NCBI GenBank assembly: GCA_041687695.1
Contig: JAWLBL010000054.1
Span: 1-16,765, forward strand
DNA length: 16,765 bases
Direction: 5' to 3'
Source: Myxococcota bacterium
Lineage (GTDB): Bacteria > Myxococcota_A > UBA9042 > PHBI01 > JAWLBL01
A model generated the notes under the pieces. It worked only from the letters and a program-made list of their open reading frames with translations. It did no database searches and was not told where the DNA came from. The translations under genes were made by a program, and so were the position numbers. Each line of letters starts with the position of its first letter. Position 1 is the first letter of the stretch. This document shows positions 14,786 through 16,765 of this stretch, one piece after another.

Positions 14786-16288
14786 ATGCGACGTCCGGGG
14801 CACACGGAGACATCGGATCGCCTCACACCGGCGGTCCCGGCGAGCGGGCAGCGCCGGGGGCCGGACGCGGCCGCGGTGGCGTCGCTTTCGAAGCGGCGGC
14901 GAGAGGTCCTCGAGCTCCTCGCGAAGGGGCTGACGAACGCGGAGGTCGGCCGCGCCCTCGGCATCACCGAGGGCACCGTCCGCACGCACGTGACGGCCGT
15001 GCTCGGGCACCTCGACGTCGCCAACCGCACGGAGGCCGCCTCGGTGTGGGCCCGGTTCGAGGGGCACCTGGCTCGGGTCGAGGAGGTGCTGAGCCGGCCG
15101 GCCATCGCCGTCCTGCCGCTCGTCCCGGCGAGCCGTCAGCCGCGCGCGAGCGCCATCGCGGCGCGGCTCACGTCCGACCTCTGCGATCTCTTCGCCCGCT
15201 GGTGCTGGTTCCCGGTCATCGCCCGCTCCTCGACGCGCGCGCGCCGGCCGAACGAGACCGACGCCGAGCTCGCCTCGCAGCTGGGCGCGCGCTTCCTGGT
15301 GGGCGGCGAGCTCGACCTCGACCAGGGCCGGTTTCACCTCTCGCTGCGGGTCGACGACCTCCACAAGCAGCACTGCGTCTGGACCGAGCGCCGCGACTTC
15401 CCCGAGGACGGCCTGCTGCAGGCCCGCGACGAGCTCTGCGCCGAGCTGGTCGCCGCGGCGTACCCGGTGCTCGTCGCCCGCATTCACCTCGAGATCTCGG
15501 CGAGCGCGCGTCAGGAGTCCCTGGAGGCCTGGGGCCTCGCGCACGATGGCATGGTGCTGCACGGGGCGCGGGACCCGGTGTCGAACGAGCGCGCGCGGGA
15601 GCGGTTCACCCTGGCGCTGGCGCGGGATCCGTCCCTCGTGCTGGCGCACTTCGGGCAGGGGCTCGTCGCCTACGACGCGGTGCTGAACCAGTGGGGTCCC
15701 AAGGCCCGGGCGATGGACGCGCTGGTGACGGCTGCGCAGCGATGCGTGGACCTCGCCCCCCACGCGGCCGAAGGACACTACCTGCTCGGCCGGTTCTTCG
15801 TGGCGCGCGGCGAGCAGCGTCACGCGGTCCCGCCGCTCGAGACCGCCATCGCCCGCAACCCGAGCTTCGCGCAGGCGCACGCCCTGCTCGCTCAGGTGCT
15901 GCAGGTGGCCGGCCGCAGCGACGAGGCGCTCGCGCGGATGCGCCACGCCGTCCGCCTCGGCCCGCGCTCGTTCGTCGCGGGGCTGGGACTGCTGCACTTC
16001 ACGCGGGGCGAGTACGAGCAGGCCCTCGAGGCGTCCGAGCTCGCCGTGGCCACCAACCCGCGCTATCCCTTCGCCCGCATCATGGCCGCCGCCAGCGCCT
16101 GGTGGCTCGAAGAGCCCGGGAAAGCCGCCGCGCACCTCGACGCGCTCCGCGAGGACAGCCCCGACTTCAGCCCGTCCCAGTTCCTGGCGACCTTCGGCTC
16201 CCGCTTCGACGCGGTCGAGCGCATCGCCAGGGCGCTCGAAGCGGTAGACTCGAAGCGGCACGCCCTCCCCGCCCACCGACCCGCGTAG
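14786..16288 (+). CDS. One-component transcriptional regulator: N-terminal LuxR/GerE HTH, TolB-N-like domain, TPR repeats
   Basis: LSKRRREVLELLAKGLTNAEVGRALGITEGTVRTHVTAVLGHLDVANRTEA (LuxR HTH); RPAIAVLPL...FPVIARSS...LGARFLVGGEL; TPR units ALARDPSLVLAH, CVDLAPHAAEGHYLLG, AIARNPSFAQAHALLA, AVATNPRYPFA. Confidence 0.9.
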   Translation: MRRPGHTETSDRLTPAVPASGQRRGPDAAAVASLSKRRREVLELLAKGLTNAEVGRALGITEGTVRTHVTAVLGHLDVANRTEAASVWARFEGHLARVEEVLSRPAIAVLPLVPASRQPRASAIAARLTSDLCDLFARWCWFPVIARSSTRARRPNETDAELASQLGARFLVGGELDLDQGRFHLSLRVDDLHKQHCVWTERRDFPEDGLLQARDELCAELVAAAYPVLVARIHLEISASARQESLEAWGLAHDGMVLHGARDPVSNERARERFTLALARDPSLVLAHFGQGLVAYDAVLNQWGPKARAMDALVTAAQRCVDLAPHAAEGHYLLGRFFVARGEQRHAVPPLETAIARNPSFAQAHALLAQVLQVAGRSDEALARMRHAVRLGPRSFVAGLGLLHFTRGEYEQALEASELAVATNPRYPFARIMAAASAWWLEEPGKAAAHLDALREDSPDFSPSQFLATFGSRFDAVERIARALEAVDSKRHALPAHRPA

Positions 16289-16426
16289 CCGCTGAGCGCC
16301 GCTTCGACTCGCCGCCCGTCGCGGGATGGCTCGCCGCCACCGCCGGCCGTGGACCGCGCCACGCGAGCTGCGCCCCCGAGCCCCGCGATGTGGCATCGAC
16401 TCCGCCGACGCGACCGTTCCGGCGCT

Positions 16427-16588
16427 ATGGACCGCGCAGGCCATGCCGGCGCCATGGACCGCGCCGGCCATGCCGGCGCCATGGACCGCGCCGGCCATGC
16501 CGGCGCCATGGACCGCGCCGGCCATGCCGGCGCTATGGACCGCGCCGGCCATGCCGGCGCCATGGACCGCGCCGGCCATGCCGGCGCT
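16427..16588 (+). repeat. Tandem array of six 27-bp palindromic REP-like units
   Basis: Unit ATGGACC-GCGCCGGC-CAT-GCCGGCGC-Y, six head-to-tail copies with one stem mismatch (16438). A degenerate copy starts GTGGACCGCGCC at 16349. Confidence 0.95.
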
Positions 16589-16645
16589 CTCCGTCGGCCG
16601 GCTTGCCGGACGACCCTCGGACTTCCTACGAGCCGAAGCGAATCA

Positions 16646-16703
16646 CGCGCCGGCATGGCCGGCGCGAACAAACAGCGCCGGCATGGCCGGCGCGGTCCAC
16701 AGC
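16646..16703 (-). repeat. Two inverted copies of the same REP-like palindrome (right arm of a REPIN-like element)
   Basis: CGCGCCGGC-ATG-GCCGGCGCG (16646-16666) and GCGCCGGC-ATG-GCCGGCGC-GGTCCAC-AGC (16675-16703). The latter reads GCT-GTGGACC-GCGCCGGC-CAT-GCCGGCGC on the minus strand. Confidence 0.9.
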
Positions 16704-16765
16704 GGGCCTGCGGCCCGCGAGAACGATCGACCGACCGACCCAAGGAGATGTGATCAATCATCAGC

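Noticed and set aside
3835..16579. Long antisense or off-frame ORFs (e.g. 3835-5781, 6580-7494, 7849-8886, 11062-13212, 11510-12976, 13706-14650, 14780-16579)
   Set aside because: They overlap well-supported genes and are the stop-poor shadows expected in very GC-rich DNA. The poly-Pro and SAP repeats mirror the Gly-rich and collagen tracts.
16349..16753. CRISPR array or MDRAGHAGA-repeat protein (and the antisense repeat ORFs)
   Set aside because: There are no unique spacers. Conservation is a DNA palindrome present in both orientations, and a 27-bp GC-rich unit stays open in several frames by default.
16742..16765. SD-like AAGGAG and a possible gene start at the window edge
   Set aside because: ATG 16748 is followed immediately by TGA, GTG 16750 is very close to the SD, and too little sequence remains to call a gene.

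Overview
Very GC-rich bacterial DNA with Myxococcota/deltaproteobacterial hallmarks (MYXO-CTERM-type anchor, lipoproteins on acidic linkers, sigma54-type promoter architecture). Backbone genes encode envelope proteins: a secreted or outer-membrane hypothetical, an alpha/beta-hydrolase lipoprotein, a beta-barrel porin, a Tat-lipoprotein PhoD, and a CSLREA/Gly-rich/collagen surface protein divergent from a LuxR-HTH/TPR regulator. Accessory or decayed DNA lies between them: an intact REP-associated tyrosine transposase (RAYT) beside two triple-hairpin repeats, a UPF0175/DUF3368 toxin-antitoxin pair whose PIN toxin appears internally deleted, two back-to-back headless gene fragments, a frameshifted IS91-like transposase remnant followed by a SAM methyltransferase, and a lower-GC trxB segment just after a truncated lipoprotein gene. 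The strongest signal is the RAYT/REP system: the stem GCGCCGGC-NNN-GCCGGCGC beside the RAYT recurs 16 kb away as a 6x27-bp tandem array facing two inverted copies. Family calls come from motif recognition only; no searches were run.
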